From the NCBI GenBank assembly GCA_964237315.1, contig CAXSHL010000010.1, forward strand, positions 10,556-74,555: a stretch of DNA of 64,000 nucleotides, written 5' to 3'. This document shows positions 52,542 to 62,687 of this stretch, piece after piece (within the stretch, counting starts at the first letter, position 1; each line of letters opens with the position of its first letter). The notes beneath the pieces are model-generated. The model worked only from the letters and a program-made list of their open reading frames with translations. It was not told where the DNA came from and did not search any database. Position numbers and translations under genes: made by a program. Origin of the DNA: an uncultured Nocardioidaceae bacterium (GTDB lineage Bacteria > Actinomycetota > Actinomycetes > Propionibacteriales > Nocardioidaceae).

Positions 52542-53318
52542 TCAGCGCGCCGGGATGCGCTCGAGCCGGGTCCACCCCCGCCAGCCGCTGGCCTCCAGCA
52601 GCTGCAGGAGCCGGGGGGCGACCGGCACCGAGTCGAGGAAGACAGAGTCCAGGAGCTCGACCAGCTCGTCGGTCAGCTGGTCGTCCGAGGCGTCCCATCC
52701 CTCCGGAGCGGCGGCGTCCCCGGCCTCGAGCAGCGCGACGAGCCGGTCGCTCACCCGGGCCAGCCGGGGGTCGTCGGCCTGCCAGTCGATCGCGGCGGCG
52801 AGGTCACGGTAGAGGTTCAGGGTCGCCGCGTCGTCGAGCTGCTGCTGCTTCACCCGCATGTAGGTCGACATCTGCTCAGGGAGCTGCGCGGCCACCAGGA
52901 TCCAGGCATCCCGCTCGCCACAGACGAACCGCTCCGCGAAGCCGAGCTCGCGGAGCCGGTCGAGGTAGTCGGTCACGTCCCTGGGCAGGGCCAGGCTGTC
53001 ACCCGCCGCCAGCTGCGCGATCCGCTCGCGGTGCCGCTGGCGCTCCCTGATCTCCGCGCGGAGGCGCCGGTCGATGTCGGCGACCGCAGCGGTGAACTCC
53101 TCCTGGCGTGCGGCGAGCAGCTCGCTGACCCGCGAGAGGGGCACGCCGGCGGCCGCGAGCGTCCGGATCCTGATCAGCTCGACGACGGCTGCGGCGTCGT
53201 ACCGCCGGTAGCCGGAGCTGTCGCGTTCCGGCTCCGGCAGCAGACCCTTGGCGTGGTAGTGCCGGACGGTGCGCACCGTCACGCCGGCGTACGACGCCAG
53301 CTGGCCGATGGTCAGCAT
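52542..53318 (-). CDS. MerR family regulator
   Basis: LTIGQLASYAGVTVRTVRHYH..GLL..ERDSSGYRRY. Confidence 0.92.
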   Translation of the reverse strand: MLTIGQLASYAGVTVRTVRHYHAKGLLPEPERDSSGYRRYDAAAVVELIRIRTLAAAGVPLSRVSELLAARQEEFTAAVADIDRRLRAEIRERQRHRERIAQLAAGDSLALPRDVTDYLDRLRELGFAERFVCGERDAWILVAAQLPEQMSTYMRVKQQQLDDAATLNLYRDLAAAIDWQADDPRLARVSDRLVALLEAGDAAAPEGWDASDDQLTDELVELLDSVFLDSVPVAPRLLQLLEASGWRGWTRLERIPAR

Positions 53319-54076
53319 GGCCCCACTCTGCGATAGGTGCTCATCGCGAGCACGTAGGACACGACGAGGAGACCGACGCACCAGGCGAGGGCGACCCAGC
53401 CGCCGCTGCCGACCGGCTGCTCGGCGAGGAGGCTGCGGAGGGTGTCGACGACGGAGGTGACCGGCTGGTGCTCGGCGAACCAGCGCACCGGGCCTGGCAT
53501 GCCGGCGGTGGGCACGAAGGCCGAGCTGACGAAGGGCAGGAAGATCAGCGGGTAGGAGAAGCCGCTGACCCCGTCCACCGATGTCGCGGTCAGGCCGGGT
53601 ATCACGGCGAGCCAGGTCAGCGCCAGGACGAACAGCAGCATGATCCCCAGTACGGCGAGCCAGGCGAGCACCCCTGCGCCGGACCGGAAGCCGATCGCGA
53701 GGGCGACGAGGACGACGAGGGCGAGGGACACGAGGTTGGCGACGACGGAGGTCAGCACATGACTCCACAGCAGGGCCGACCGGGCAATCGGCATCGAGGA
53801 GAACCGTTCGAAGATGCCGCTCGAGACGTCGGTGAAGAGCCGGAACGCCGTGTAGGCGATGCCGGAGGCGACCGTGATCAGCAGGATCCCGGGCAGCAGG
53901 TAGTCGACGTAGGTGTCACCGCCGCTGTCGATCGCGCCGCCGAACACGTAGACGAACAGCAGCAGCATGGCGATCGGCGTGATGGCCGTGGTGAGGATGG
54001 TGTCCGGACTGCGCAGGACGTGGCGCAGCGAGCGCTTGAGAAGCACGGAGGTGTCCCGGACGAAGGAGGTGCTCAT
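53312..54076 (-). CDS. ABC-2 (DrrB-like) permease
   Basis: LLFVYVFGGAI...YLLPGIL...ERFSSMPI...SSAFVP. Confidence 0.9.
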   Translation of the reverse strand: MSTSFVRDTSVLLKRSLRHVLRSPDTILTTAITPIAMLLLFVYVFGGAIDSGGDTYVDYLLPGILLITVASGIAYTAFRLFTDVSSGIFERFSSMPIARSALLWSHVLTSVVANLVSLALVVLVALAIGFRSGAGVLAWLAVLGIMLLFVLALTWLAVIPGLTATSVDGVSGFSYPLIFLPFVSSAFVPTAGMPGPVRWFAEHQPVTSVVDTLRSLLAEQPVGSGGWVALAWCVGLLVVSYVLAMSTYRRVGPC

Positions 54077-54876
54077 CGCCCCGCTCCGCTCTGGCTGCTC
54101 GTGCGGCGGACGGCGTCGGTGCCGACGATCGCGAGGAAGATGTCCTCGAGACTCGGCTGCTTCTCGACGTACTCGACCGTGGCCGGCGGAAGCAGCTGCT
54201 CGAGCTCGGCGAGGGTCCCGTCGGCGATCACCCTTCCCTCGTGGAGGATCGCGATCCGGTCGGCCAGCTGCTCGGCCTCCTCGAGCTGCTGGGTGGTGAG
54301 CAGCACCGTGGTGCCCCGGCCCGCGAGCTCTCGGACCGTCTCCCAGACCTCGTGCCGTGACTGCGGGTCGAGCCCGGTGGTCGGCTCGTCGAGGAACAGC
54401 ACGGGCGGGTCGCCGATCAGGCTCATGGCGATGTCGAGGCGGCGGCGCATGCCGCCGGAGTACGTCGCCACCCTCCGCCGGGCCGCGTCGGTCAGGGCGA
54501 ACCGCCTGAGCAGGTCCTCAGCGATGCCGCCGGGGTCCGGAAGGTGTCGCAGCTGGGCGACGAGCACGAGGTTCTCCCTCCCGGTGAGGATCTCGTCGAC
54601 GGCGGCGAACTGGCCCGTCAGGCTGATCGACTCGCGCACCCTTCCGGGGTGCGAGTGGACGTCGTGCCCGTGCACCCGGGCCGAGCCGCCGTCGGCACGC
54701 AGCAGCGTGGAGAGGATCCTCACCGTCGTCGTCTTGCCCGCGCCGTTGGAGCCGAGCAGGGCCTGGACGGTGCCTCGCGGGACGAGGAGGTCGACGCCCG
54801 TGAGCACGGCCTGGTCGCCGTAGGACTTGGTGAGGCCGGCGATCTCGATGGCCGGCGGAGCTGGTGTGCTGGTCAT
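54073..54876 (-). CDS. ABC (DrrA-like) ATP-binding protein
   Basis: GSNGAGKT, YSGGMRRR, LDEPTTGLDP. Confidence 0.93.
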   Translation of the reverse strand: MTSTPAPPAIEIAGLTKSYGDQAVLTGVDLLVPRGTVQALLGSNGAGKTTTVRILSTLLRADGGSARVHGHDVHSHPGRVRESISLTGQFAAVDEILTGRENLVLVAQLRHLPDPGGIAEDLLRRFALTDAARRRVATYSGGMRRRLDIAMSLIGDPPVLFLDEPTTGLDPQSRHEVWETVRELAGRGTTVLLTTQQLEEAEQLADRIAILHEGRVIADGTLAELEQLLPPATVEYVEKQPSLEDIFLAIVGTDAVRRTSSQSGAGR

Positions 54877-54882
54877 GGCACC

Positions 54883-54914
54883 AGCCTGCAGCCCTGACCC
54901 TGCGTCAGGGTCAA
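54883..54914 (-). promoter_or_regulatory. MerR-type promoter/operator
   Basis: TTGACC-N20-CAGGCT with dyad CCCTGAC-N5-GTCAGGG; a long spacer is typical of MerR promoters; ATG 6 nt downstream. Confidence 0.75.
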
Positions 54915-54934
54915 CTGCCGGCTCGGTGCCTTTC

Positions 54935-55777
54935 TCAGGGAGCGACCAGGGCGGTCAGGAACTCGGTGGTGCCGTGGTGGAGCTTGAGGACCGGGAGGCC
55001 GTCGGCGCGCGTCGGGCCCCGGTTGACGACCACCACGGGGACCCCGAGCTTGGTGGCGCGACGGACGAACCGGAGGCCGGACATCACCGTCAGCGAGGAG
55101 CCGAGCACCACCAGCGCCTCCGAGCAGGGGTCGAGAGCGTCGATGGCTGCGTAGCATCGCTCGACCCGGGCCTTGGGGACGTTCTCGCCGAAGAAGACCA
55201 CGTCGGGCTTCAGCACCCCGCCGCACGAGTCGCAGCCGGGGACCCGGAAGCCGGCGGTCTCCGCGAGGTCGACGTCACCGTCGGGGCGCACCTCCACGTC
55301 TGCGTGCCGGTCGGCCCAGCCGGGGTTGAGCACGCCCAGGCGCTCGTGCAGGGCGGACCGGCTGGTCCGCGCGCGACAGGAGAGGCAGATCACGTCGGCG
55401 ATCCGCCCGTGCAACGCGCACGTCGACCGGGTGCCGGCTGCCTCGTGCAGGCCGTCGACGTTCTGGGTGATCAGCAGCCGCAGTCGCCCGGCGTCCTCGA
55501 GGGCGGTCACGGCCCGGTGGCCGTCGTTCGGAACCGCCCGCCTCATCCGCGACCAACCGAGGTGCGAGCGGGCCCAGTAGCGCTGCTGCGCCTGGGGTCC
55601 GGAGACGAAGTCGGAGTAGGTCATCGGCATCCGGACCGGTGACCCCGGCCCGCGGTAGTCGGGGATCCCGGAGTCCGTGCTCATCCCGGCACCGGTCAGG
55701 GCGACGAGCGGGCGGCCGGCCAGCAGGTCGAGGGCGACGGGCAGGTCGGCGACGTCGGGGACGGGCAGCGCGGTCAT
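54935..55777 (-). CDS. NAD-dependent deacylase, class II sirtuin
   Basis: GAGMSTDSGIPDYRG, QRYWARS, TQNVDGLH, CxxC...CxxC, KPDVVFFGE, GSSL. Confidence 0.93.
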   Translation of the reverse strand: MTALPVPDVADLPVALDLLAGRPLVALTGAGMSTDSGIPDYRGPGSPVRMPMTYSDFVSGPQAQQRYWARSHLGWSRMRRAVPNDGHRAVTALEDAGRLRLLITQNVDGLHEAAGTRSTCALHGRIADVICLSCRARTSRSALHERLGVLNPGWADRHADVEVRPDGDVDLAETAGFRVPGCDSCGGVLKPDVVFFGENVPKARVERCYAAIDALDPCSEALVVLGSSLTVMSGLRFVRRATKLGVPVVVVNRGPTRADGLPVLKLHHGTTEFLTALVAP

Positions 55778-55853
55778 CGACTCCCAGCCTACGGGCCCGC
55801 CGTAGTCATCGGAATGCACGTCGTCCCGACGGTGGTGAACCTACCCTCATGAC

Positions 55854-56504
55854 ATGCGCAACGACTGGGTGCCGATCTCCGCGAGCGCCCTGGTGATCGG
55901 GGCGATGTCGCTGGTGTTCGGGTCGGTGCTCAACCCGGCCGATCCCGGCGCGTCGAGTGCCGAGACGTTCCGGGTGGTCACCGACGAGAGCGCCCGCTGG
56001 CAGGGGATGGCGGTGATGTACACCCTCGCCTCGGTCGCCCTCACCCTCGGGCTGCCGGCGGTCCTGACCCTGTTCGACCGACGCGGCCGGACCTTCGCGC
56101 TCGTCGCTGTCGTGGTGTTCTCCGTGGGAGCGATCGGCACCTGTGGCTACGCGATGCTGATGGTGTTCTTCCGCGCGCTGGTCGTCACCGGCGCCCTGCA
56201 CGGTGGCCAGCTCGAGCACGTCACGCAGGACCGGGGACTAGCCCTGTTCCTGGCCGGCTGGATCGCCTGCTTCTACGGCGGTGCGCTGCTCATCGCGGTC
56301 GCCCTCCTGAGGGCCGGGACCGCCCCTCGCTGGGTGCCGGGGCTGCTGGTGCTGTTCGTGGTGCTGCTGCCGTTCGCCTCCCATCTCGGCCGGATCGGCT
56401 CGGCGCTGCAGGTGATGGCCTTCGCGACCGCGTTCACCGGGATCGCCGTCAACGCGGTGGCCCGGGCGAACCAGGCGGCTCCGTCCCGCCAGCCGGTGTC
56501 CTAG
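55854..56504 (+). CDS. Membrane protein of unknown function
   Basis: About six TM segments; GC-rich third codon positions. Confidence 0.7.
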   Translation: MRNDWVPISASALVIGAMSLVFGSVLNPADPGASSAETFRVVTDESARWQGMAVMYTLASVALTLGLPAVLTLFDRRGRTFALVAVVVFSVGAIGTCGYAMLMVFFRALVVTGALHGGQLEHVTQDRGLALFLAGWIACFYGGALLIAVALLRAGTAPRWVPGLLVLFVVLLPFASHLGRIGSALQVMAFATAFTGIAVNAVARANQAAPSRQPVS

Positions 56505-56572
56505 CGTCGCGTGTCGCGCGTCGGCTCGCCACGATCCCGAGGCCGACCCCGACACATGGCAGCATGGTGCGC

Positions 56573-57412
56573 ATGAGTGGTCGATCCCCAACGCCCAAGC
56601 GATCCGTCCGAGCGTGGCTGTCCGACATGGACGGGGTGCTCGTCCACGAGGAGGAGCCGATCCCCGGTGCCGCGGACTTCATCGAGCGGCTCAGGGCGAC
56701 CGGGCGGCCGTTCCTGCTGCTCACGAACAACTCGATCTTCACCCCCCGCGACCTCAAGGCCCGGCTGCACCGGTCCGGGATCGACGTACCCGAGGACGCG
56801 ATCTGGACCAGTGCCCTGGCCACGGCGCAGTTCCTGGACAACCAGCGGCCGGAGGGTACGGCGTACGTCATCGGCGAGGCCGGGCTGACCACCGCCATGC
56901 ACGAGATCGGCTACGTGATGACCGAGCGCGACCCCGACTACGTGGTGCTCGGCGAGACCCGGACGTACTCCTTCGAGGCGATCACCACCGCGATCCGCCT
57001 GGTGGAGAAGGGCGCGCGGTTCATCGCGACGAACCCGGACGTCTCCGGACCCAGCCTGCACGGGCCGATCCCGGCGACAGGCTCGGTGGCGGCCCTGATC
57101 ACCAAGGCGACCGGCATCGACCCCTACTCCGTCGGCAAGCCGAACCCACTGATGATGCGCTCGGCGCTGAACCGCATCGACGCGCACTCCGAGACGACCG
57201 TGATGGTCGGGGACCGCATGGACACCGACGTGGTCTCGGGACTCGAGGCGGGGCTGCGGACCATCCTGGTGATGACCGGTTCGACGAAGGTGGGGCAGGT
57301 GGAGCGGTTCCCCTACCGGCCCACTCACATCGTCGAATCGGTGGCCGATCTCGTCGACCTGGTCGATGATTGGAACGACGACGACGAGGAGGTCGTGGAC
57401 TTCGCCCGGTGA
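56573..57412 (+). CDS. HAD-IIA (NagD-like) phosphatase
   Basis: DMDGVL, LTNNS, ATNPD, GKPNP, GDRMDTD. Confidence 0.93.
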   Translation: MSGRSPTPKRSVRAWLSDMDGVLVHEEEPIPGAADFIERLRATGRPFLLLTNNSIFTPRDLKARLHRSGIDVPEDAIWTSALATAQFLDNQRPEGTAYVIGEAGLTTAMHEIGYVMTERDPDYVVLGETRTYSFEAITTAIRLVEKGARFIATNPDVSGPSLHGPIPATGSVAALITKATGIDPYSVGKPNPLMMRSALNRIDAHSETTVMVGDRMDTDVVSGLEAGLRTILVMTGSTKVGQVERFPYRPTHIVESVADLVDLVDDWNDDDEEVVDFAR

Positions 57413-57525
57413 CGTGCGCCCTCTGTGCGGCGCGTCGCCCACTCCGGACCTCGGCGACCTCTAGCGTCATCCAATGACGGCAGGCTCCGAGCAACGGGCC
57501 CGCGTCTCCCGGGAAGGCAACAGCG

Positions 57526-59565
57526 ATGTTCCCCAAGCAGCGTGCATCCGCGGCACTCGCCGTGGCCGCCATGGTGGTCGGGTCCAGCCTGGCCGCCACC
57601 GCGACCGCCGGCAGTGCGGCAGGAGTCGAGCGACCGAGCACCGGCAGGGCAGCCGCCGAGCCGGCCCCTCCGGCTCAGGGAGCGGTCGCGGCCGCCGTCG
57701 AGCGGGCGACCCGGCAGGCCGGCATCCAGCTCGGCGCCAAGCACACCCGCCGCCCGACGGTGACCATCGACGGCCGCGCGTATCCCGCTGCCGACCCGAT
57801 GCTGGCCGAGCTGCCGGACGGCATCCCGACCGACCTCTTCTACTGGCGCCGCCACCACCGGCAGCAGGGCCTGGCGCGGATGCGGGCCAGGGTCCCCGGA
57901 ACGCGGGCGGGTCGGGCCGTGGTGCCCACCCCGTTCGTCTACCGCGAGCACGAGCCGGTGGGTGTGATCGGTCGCAACGACGGACGCGCGTCGGCGGAGC
58001 CCCTCGAGAACCTCGGTGTCGACCGCCCGCGGCAGGCGGCGCGGATCGTGGGTCGGCTGTCGTCGCCACCGGTCCCGGCCAGGCGGGTGTCGACCCACGA
58101 GGACCAGGGCTCGATCTACCGCGCGACGCCGAGCGGCATCGGGCGGGCGCACCCCCGGATCGTCGTACGCAGCCGGATCGGTGACGGCCCGCACGGCAGT
58201 CACGGTGACCGTCACGGCGACTTCGACTTCTTCCGCGTGCACGCCTTCGCCGGGTCCGCGATCGCAGCCGACACCGCGGGCAGCGGGTTCGACACGGTCC
58301 TGGTGGTCTACGACGCCGCGGGGCACATCGTCTCGGCCAACGACGACGTGGATTCCGACGAGGGCGACGAGTCGGTCACGCTCACCAGCGCGCTGGAGTA
58401 CAACGTCCGCAAGACCGCCAACTACTTCGTGATGGTCGGCGGCTTCAACGACGACGGCTCCGTGCCGGCGAGTCCGTTCCGCAGCGGAAGCGGCGCGTCG
58501 ACGGGGGCGCAGGGCACCTACCGGCTGCGGATCACCGCCCGACCCGTGGACCGCGACCTCTACCGCGTCCGGCTGCGCAGCGGCGACCTGCTCGGTGGCG
58601 TGCTGACCGGCGCGGCGAAGTCGGTGCAGGTGGTCCGCACCGACGGTCGCGGCATGGTGGCCTCCGAGCAGGATGCCTCGTCGGCCTACCCGGCCGAGAG
58701 CCCGCTGCCGGGCGGCGGGGCGAGCTTCGCCTACGTCGCGGAGCAGCCAGGCTGGTACGCCGTCTCGGCTCGCAACGGCGTGGGCGACTACCGGCTGCTC
58801 CTGGAGACCTACCCGCCCGGCACCACCGGCACCGGTCAGCAGACGGTCTTCCTCGACTTCGACGGAGCGCGGGTGAACACCGCCCAGTTCGGCGGAGACG
58901 GGGTGCGGACGCTGTCGCCGCTGCGCACGTTCCTGCCCCGCTGGCGGCTTCCCGCCAGCGCGCAGAACGCGCTGATCGACGCGACGGTGGCCGCCGTCAG
59001 GGAGAACATCGACGCGACCCCGCGCGCGAGAGGCCTGAACAAGGCACTGTCCGTGCAGGTGCTCAACAGCCGCGACAACCCCGACCCGTTCGGTCAGCCG
59101 AACGTGACGCGGATCGTCGTGGGCGGGACCATCAGGCAGACGGGGCTGCCGACCATCGGCATCGCGCAGTCCATCGACCCCGGCAACTACGCCCACCAGG
59201 AGACCGCGATCGTGCTGCTGGACGAGCTCAGTCGGCGGGCGGGGCCCAGCTCCTCGCTGAACACCTACCTGCGACCGCGCAGCAACCGGGTCGCGTTCGT
59301 CGGTCACGCCCTGGGCAACGTCATCGCCCACGAGACCGGCCATCTGCTCGGCAACTTCCACACCAACAACGCGGACCGTCGCGTGAACCTGATGGACGCC
59401 GGCGGAGGGAGCTTCAGTCGGTTCTTCGGCGTCGGGCCGGACCGCGTCGGCGGCACGGCGGACGACACGGACGTCAACTTCGGTGAGGACGTCTACTCCC
59501 CGGACGAGGGGTTCCACGGCGTCGAGAACACGTTGAACAACAGCGCCTGGGCGTTCGTCCCGTAG
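57526..59565 (+). CDS. Secreted metzincin-like metallopeptidase with PPC-like domains
   Basis: Signal peptide; DFDFFRV...DTVLVVYD...NDD (PPC-like); VFLDFDG; HETGHLLGNFH...NLM. Confidence 0.75.
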   Translation: MFPKQRASAALAVAAMVVGSSLAATATAGSAAGVERPSTGRAAAEPAPPAQGAVAAAVERATRQAGIQLGAKHTRRPTVTIDGRAYPAADPMLAELPDGIPTDLFYWRRHHRQQGLARMRARVPGTRAGRAVVPTPFVYREHEPVGVIGRNDGRASAEPLENLGVDRPRQAARIVGRLSSPPVPARRVSTHEDQGSIYRATPSGIGRAHPRIVVRSRIGDGPHGSHGDRHGDFDFFRVHAFAGSAIAADTAGSGFDTVLVVYDAAGHIVSANDDVDSDEGDESVTLTSALEYNVRKTANYFVMVGGFNDDGSVPASPFRSGSGASTGAQGTYRLRITARPVDRDLYRVRLRSGDLLGGVLTGAAKSVQVVRTDGRGMVASEQDASSAYPAESPLPGGGASFAYVAEQPGWYAVSARNGVGDYRLLLETYPPGTTGTGQQTVFLDFDGARVNTAQFGGDGVRTLSPLRTFLPRWRLPASAQNALIDATVAAVRENIDATPRARGLNKALSVQVLNSRDNPDPFGQPNVTRIVVGGTIRQTGLPTIGIAQSIDPGNYAHQETAIVLLDELSRRAGPSSSLNTYLRPRSNRVAFVGHALGNVIAHETGHLLGNFHTNNADRRVNLMDAGGGSFSRFFGVGPDRVGGTADDTDVNFGEDVYSPDEGFHGVENTLNNSAWAFVP

Positions 59566-59609
59566 GCGACCCGGCGGGTGTGGCGGAGCGGCCGCCGGGA
59601 GGGGCTGGC

Positions 59610-59876
59610 TCAGGCGTAGCGGGCGGCTGAGCGGGCCCGGGCCTTGGCGGCCTCGACGTCGCGGTCCTTGGGCGGGGCGCTGGTGGTCAGCTCCTCGAGC
59701 AGCCGGCGGGTCGTGACGGTGATCTCGTGGACGGCACGGTCGAAGGCCGCCTGGTTGGCCTGGGACGGGTGCGTGGAACCACTGACCTTGCGGACATACT
59801 GCAGGGCGGCGGCTCCGACCTCGTCGACGGTCGCCGGCGGCTCGAAGTTGTGCAGGGTCCTGATGTTGCGGCACAT
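59610..59876 (-). CDS. DUF2277 family protein
   Basis: MCRNIRTLHNFEPPAT..E..AAALQYVRKVSG. Confidence 0.9.
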   Translation of the reverse strand: MCRNIRTLHNFEPPATVDEVGAAALQYVRKVSGSTHPSQANQAAFDRAVHEITVTTRRLLEELTTSAPPKDRDVEAAKARARSAARYA

Positions 59877-59959
59877 GCCGCCCAGGATAGGGCCCCGAAC
59901 GGGCCCTGGCAGAGTGGGTCCGACAGCGCCCAGCTGTGATGACCAGCCGAGGAGCACCG

Positions 59960-61159
59960 GTGCCAGATCGTCCGTCCCCGTCCACCCGTGACCTCGACGT
60001 GGTCCTGTTCGGAGCGACCGGGTTCACCGGGGGACTGACCGCCGACTACCTGGCGCGTCACGTCCCGGAGGGTTGCCGGTGGGGCCTGGCCGGGCGCACC
60101 ATGGCCCGGCTCGAGGCGGTGCGGGATCGGCTGGCCGCCGTCGACCCGGCTCTCGTGGCGCTGCCCCTGCTGCGGGCGGACGTGACGGATCCGGACTCCC
60201 TGGCCGAGGTCGCCCGGCGTGCCCGGGTGGTCATCACCACCGTCGGGCCCTACATCGAGCATGGCGAGCCGCTGGTCGCCGCCTGCGCCGAGGCAGGCAC
60301 CGACTACGTCGACCTGACCGGGGAGCCCGAGTTCGTGGACCGGATGTACCTCGCGCACCACGAGCAGGCGGTCCGCTCCGGTGCCCGCCTCGTGCACGCC
60401 TGCGGCTTCGACTCGGTGCCGCACGACCTCGGGGCGCTGTTCACCGTGCAGCAGCTGCCCACCGGGCTCGCCCTTCGGGTGCGGGGGATGGTGCGCAGCA
60501 ACGCCGGCTTCTCGGGAGGCACCTTCGCCTCGGCGCTGACCGCCTTCTCCCGCCTCCCGCAGACGAGGTCCGCCCACGCCGAGCGTCGACGCGTCGAGGG
60601 CCGCCCTCAGGGCCGCCGCGTGCGAGGCGTCACGAGGCCCCCGCACTGGGACGGGGAGGCCGGCTCCTGGCTCGTGCCCCTGCCGACGATCGACCCGCAG
60701 GTCGTGCTCCGCTCCGCGGCGGCCCTGGAGCGCTACGGGCCGGACTTCACCTACGGCCACTACGCGGCGGTACGCCGGCTGCCGGTCGCCGTGGCCGGGA
60801 TGGCGGTTGTCGGAGTCCTCGGCGCGAGCGCACAGGTCGGGCCGCTGCGCAGGTTCCTGATCGGCCGGGTGCCTGCCGGGCAGGGCCCCAGCGAGGAGCG
60901 CCGGGCACGCTCGTTCTTCTCGGTGCGGTTCGTCGGGGAGGGCGGAGGCCGCCGGGTGTTCACCGAGGTGCGTGGCGGCGATCCGGGCTACACCGAGACC
61001 GCGAAGATGCTCGCCGAGTCGGCGCTCTGCCTCGCCTTCGACGCGAACCCGCCCACCGCGGGACAGGTGACGACCGCCGCGGCGATGGGCGAGAACCTCA
61101 CCAAGCGCCTGGTCGGCGCAGGTCTGGTGTTCCGGGTGCTGCGCACCGAGCGGGTGTGA
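59960..61159 (+). CDS. Saccharopine dehydrogenase-like oxidoreductase
   Basis: GATGFTG, TTVGPY, YVDLTGE, CGFDSVPHD, GDPGY; RBS GAGGAG. Confidence 0.9.
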   Translation: MPDRPSPSTRDLDVVLFGATGFTGGLTADYLARHVPEGCRWGLAGRTMARLEAVRDRLAAVDPALVALPLLRADVTDPDSLAEVARRARVVITTVGPYIEHGEPLVAACAEAGTDYVDLTGEPEFVDRMYLAHHEQAVRSGARLVHACGFDSVPHDLGALFTVQQLPTGLALRVRGMVRSNAGFSGGTFASALTAFSRLPQTRSAHAERRRVEGRPQGRRVRGVTRPPHWDGEAGSWLVPLPTIDPQVVLRSAAALERYGPDFTYGHYAAVRRLPVAVAGMAVVGVLGASAQVGPLRRFLIGRVPAGQGPSEERRARSFFSVRFVGEGGGRRVFTEVRGGDPGYTETAKMLAESALCLAFDANPPTAGQVTTAAAMGENLTKRLVGAGLVFRVLRTERV

Positions 61160-61256
61160 GGAGACCCACGTCGCGCGATGACCGGTTCCTCCGTACACCT
61201 GGTGCCGGCTGCCTAGCCTGGATCCGGACCAGTCGGGCACACGGGGGAGCAGCGTT

Positions 61257-62687
61257 GTGGATGTCGTCATCTCGTCACGCGTGCGGCTCTGTGCAGTGGT
61301 CGCCCTCGCGGTCGTGCCCCTCTCGGTGGCGTCCGTGCTTGCCGTCGCTGCGGCGTCGGACCCGGTCGCGTTCACGGCCGGTCCCACGCTCGAGCTGACG
61401 GCTGCCTCGGTGGTGGCCGGCCTGCACCCCCAGCCGGCCGCACCGCAGGTCACCCTCTCCGGCCGCCTGGAGCTGCGCACCGCGGCAGAGCGGCGGGCCA
61501 GGATCTCGCTGGCGAGCGCCAAGGGCCGGCACACGTGGACCGCGAGCGCCCTGGCCGAGCACGACCTCCCCTCGGCGGCCATGCGGGCCTACCGGACCGC
61601 GGCTGCCCGCATCGACGCGTCGACCCCGGGCTGTCACCTGCCCTGGACCCTGCTGGCCGGCATCGGTCGGGTGGAGTCCGACCACGGCCGGTACGGCGGC
61701 TCGGTGCTCGGCTCGGACGGGGTGTCCCGCCCGGCCATCGTCGGGGTCGCGCTCGACGGGGCCGGCCCGGTCGCGGCGATCCCCGACTCGGACGGCGGAC
61801 GCTTCGACGGCGACCGGACCTGGGACCGTGCGGTCGGCCCGATGCAGTTCATCCCCTCGACCTGGCGCAGCGTCGGCATGGACGGCGACGGCGACGGCGT
61901 GGCCTCGCCCAACGACATCGACGACGCGTCGCTGGCCGCCGCGTCGTACCTCTGCCGCGGAGGGCGCGACCTGTCGCTCCCGGACCAGGAGCGCGCAGCG
62001 ATCTTCGGCTACAACCCCTCGGACTACTACGTCGACCTGGTCAGCGCCTTCGCGACCGGCTACCAGACCGGCAGCTTCGTGATCCCCTCACCCGCGGTGC
62101 CCCCGGGCTCCGGCGACGTGGCCGCTGCTCCGGTGCGCGCGCCCCAGCACCCGCACCCCTCCACGACGCCACCCACGACGCCACCCACGACGCCGCCCTC
62201 GACGCCGCCCACGACACGCCCGGCGCCGACTCCCGCACCGCATCCGACGCCGACCTCCCGGCCGACACCGACCACCGGCCCGAGGCCACATCCGAGCCCC
62301 GGCCACCACCCCGCTCCCGGCCACCACCCCGCCCCGACGTCTCACCCGGCTGCCACTCCCAAGCCGGCCCCGAAGCCGGCCCCCGCTCCAGCGCCCGCTC
62401 CGTCGACGCCGGCCGCCACCCCGAGTCCGGTGCCCACCCCCACCCCGAGCCCGGTGCCGGCGACCGCGCAGGGACCGGTGCTCGCCGTGACCGGCGGCTG
62501 GTCGATCGGGACCGTGCTGCTGTCCACGCCCGACGTGGCGGCCCTCGTCCCCGCCGACTGGGACGGTGACCGGGTGCTGGAGCCGGCGGCGCAGGAGCTG
62601 GCCGGACTGGTCGCCTCGGGCGCCCGGGTCACGCTGACCTACCTCGCCGGGCCGCCGATCGTGCTGGTCAGCCGGACCGTGGGCTGA
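61257..62687 (+). CDS. Lytic transglycosylase (SLT_2-like) with Pro/Thr-rich tail
   Basis: WTLLAGIGRVESDHG, DRAVGPMQFIPSTW, YLC, YN. Confidence 0.88.
   Translation: MDVVISSRVRLCAVVALAVVPLSVASVLAVAAASDPVAFTAGPTLELTAASVVAGLHPQPAAPQVTLSGRLELRTAAERRARISLASAKGRHTWTASALAEHDLPSAAMRAYRTAAARIDASTPGCHLPWTLLAGIGRVESDHGRYGGSVLGSDGVSRPAIVGVALDGAGPVAAIPDSDGGRFDGDRTWDRAVGPMQFIPSTWRSVGMDGDGDGVASPNDIDDASLAAASYLCRGGRDLSLPDQERAAIFGYNPSDYYVDLVSAFATGYQTGSFVIPSPAVPPGSGDVAAAPVRAPQHPHPSTTPPTTPPTTPPSTPPTTRPAPTPAPHPTPTSRPTPTTGPRPHPSPGHHPAPGHHPAPTSHPAATPKPAPKPAPAPAPAPSTPAATPSPVPTPTPSPVPATAQGPVLAVTGGWSIGTVLLSTPDVAALVPADWDGDRVLEPAAQELAGLVASGARVTLTYLAGPPIVLVSRTVG

Noticed and set aside
57325-60027. 900-aa minus-strand ORF and similar long Arg/Pro/Gly-rich ORFs
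   Set aside because: Shadow frames of recognisable genes; stop codons are rare at this GC content and no protein motifs are present.
62150-62460. Tandem repeats in the transglycosylase 3' region
   Set aside because: An ordinary Pro/Thr-rich linker of a cell-wall enzyme.
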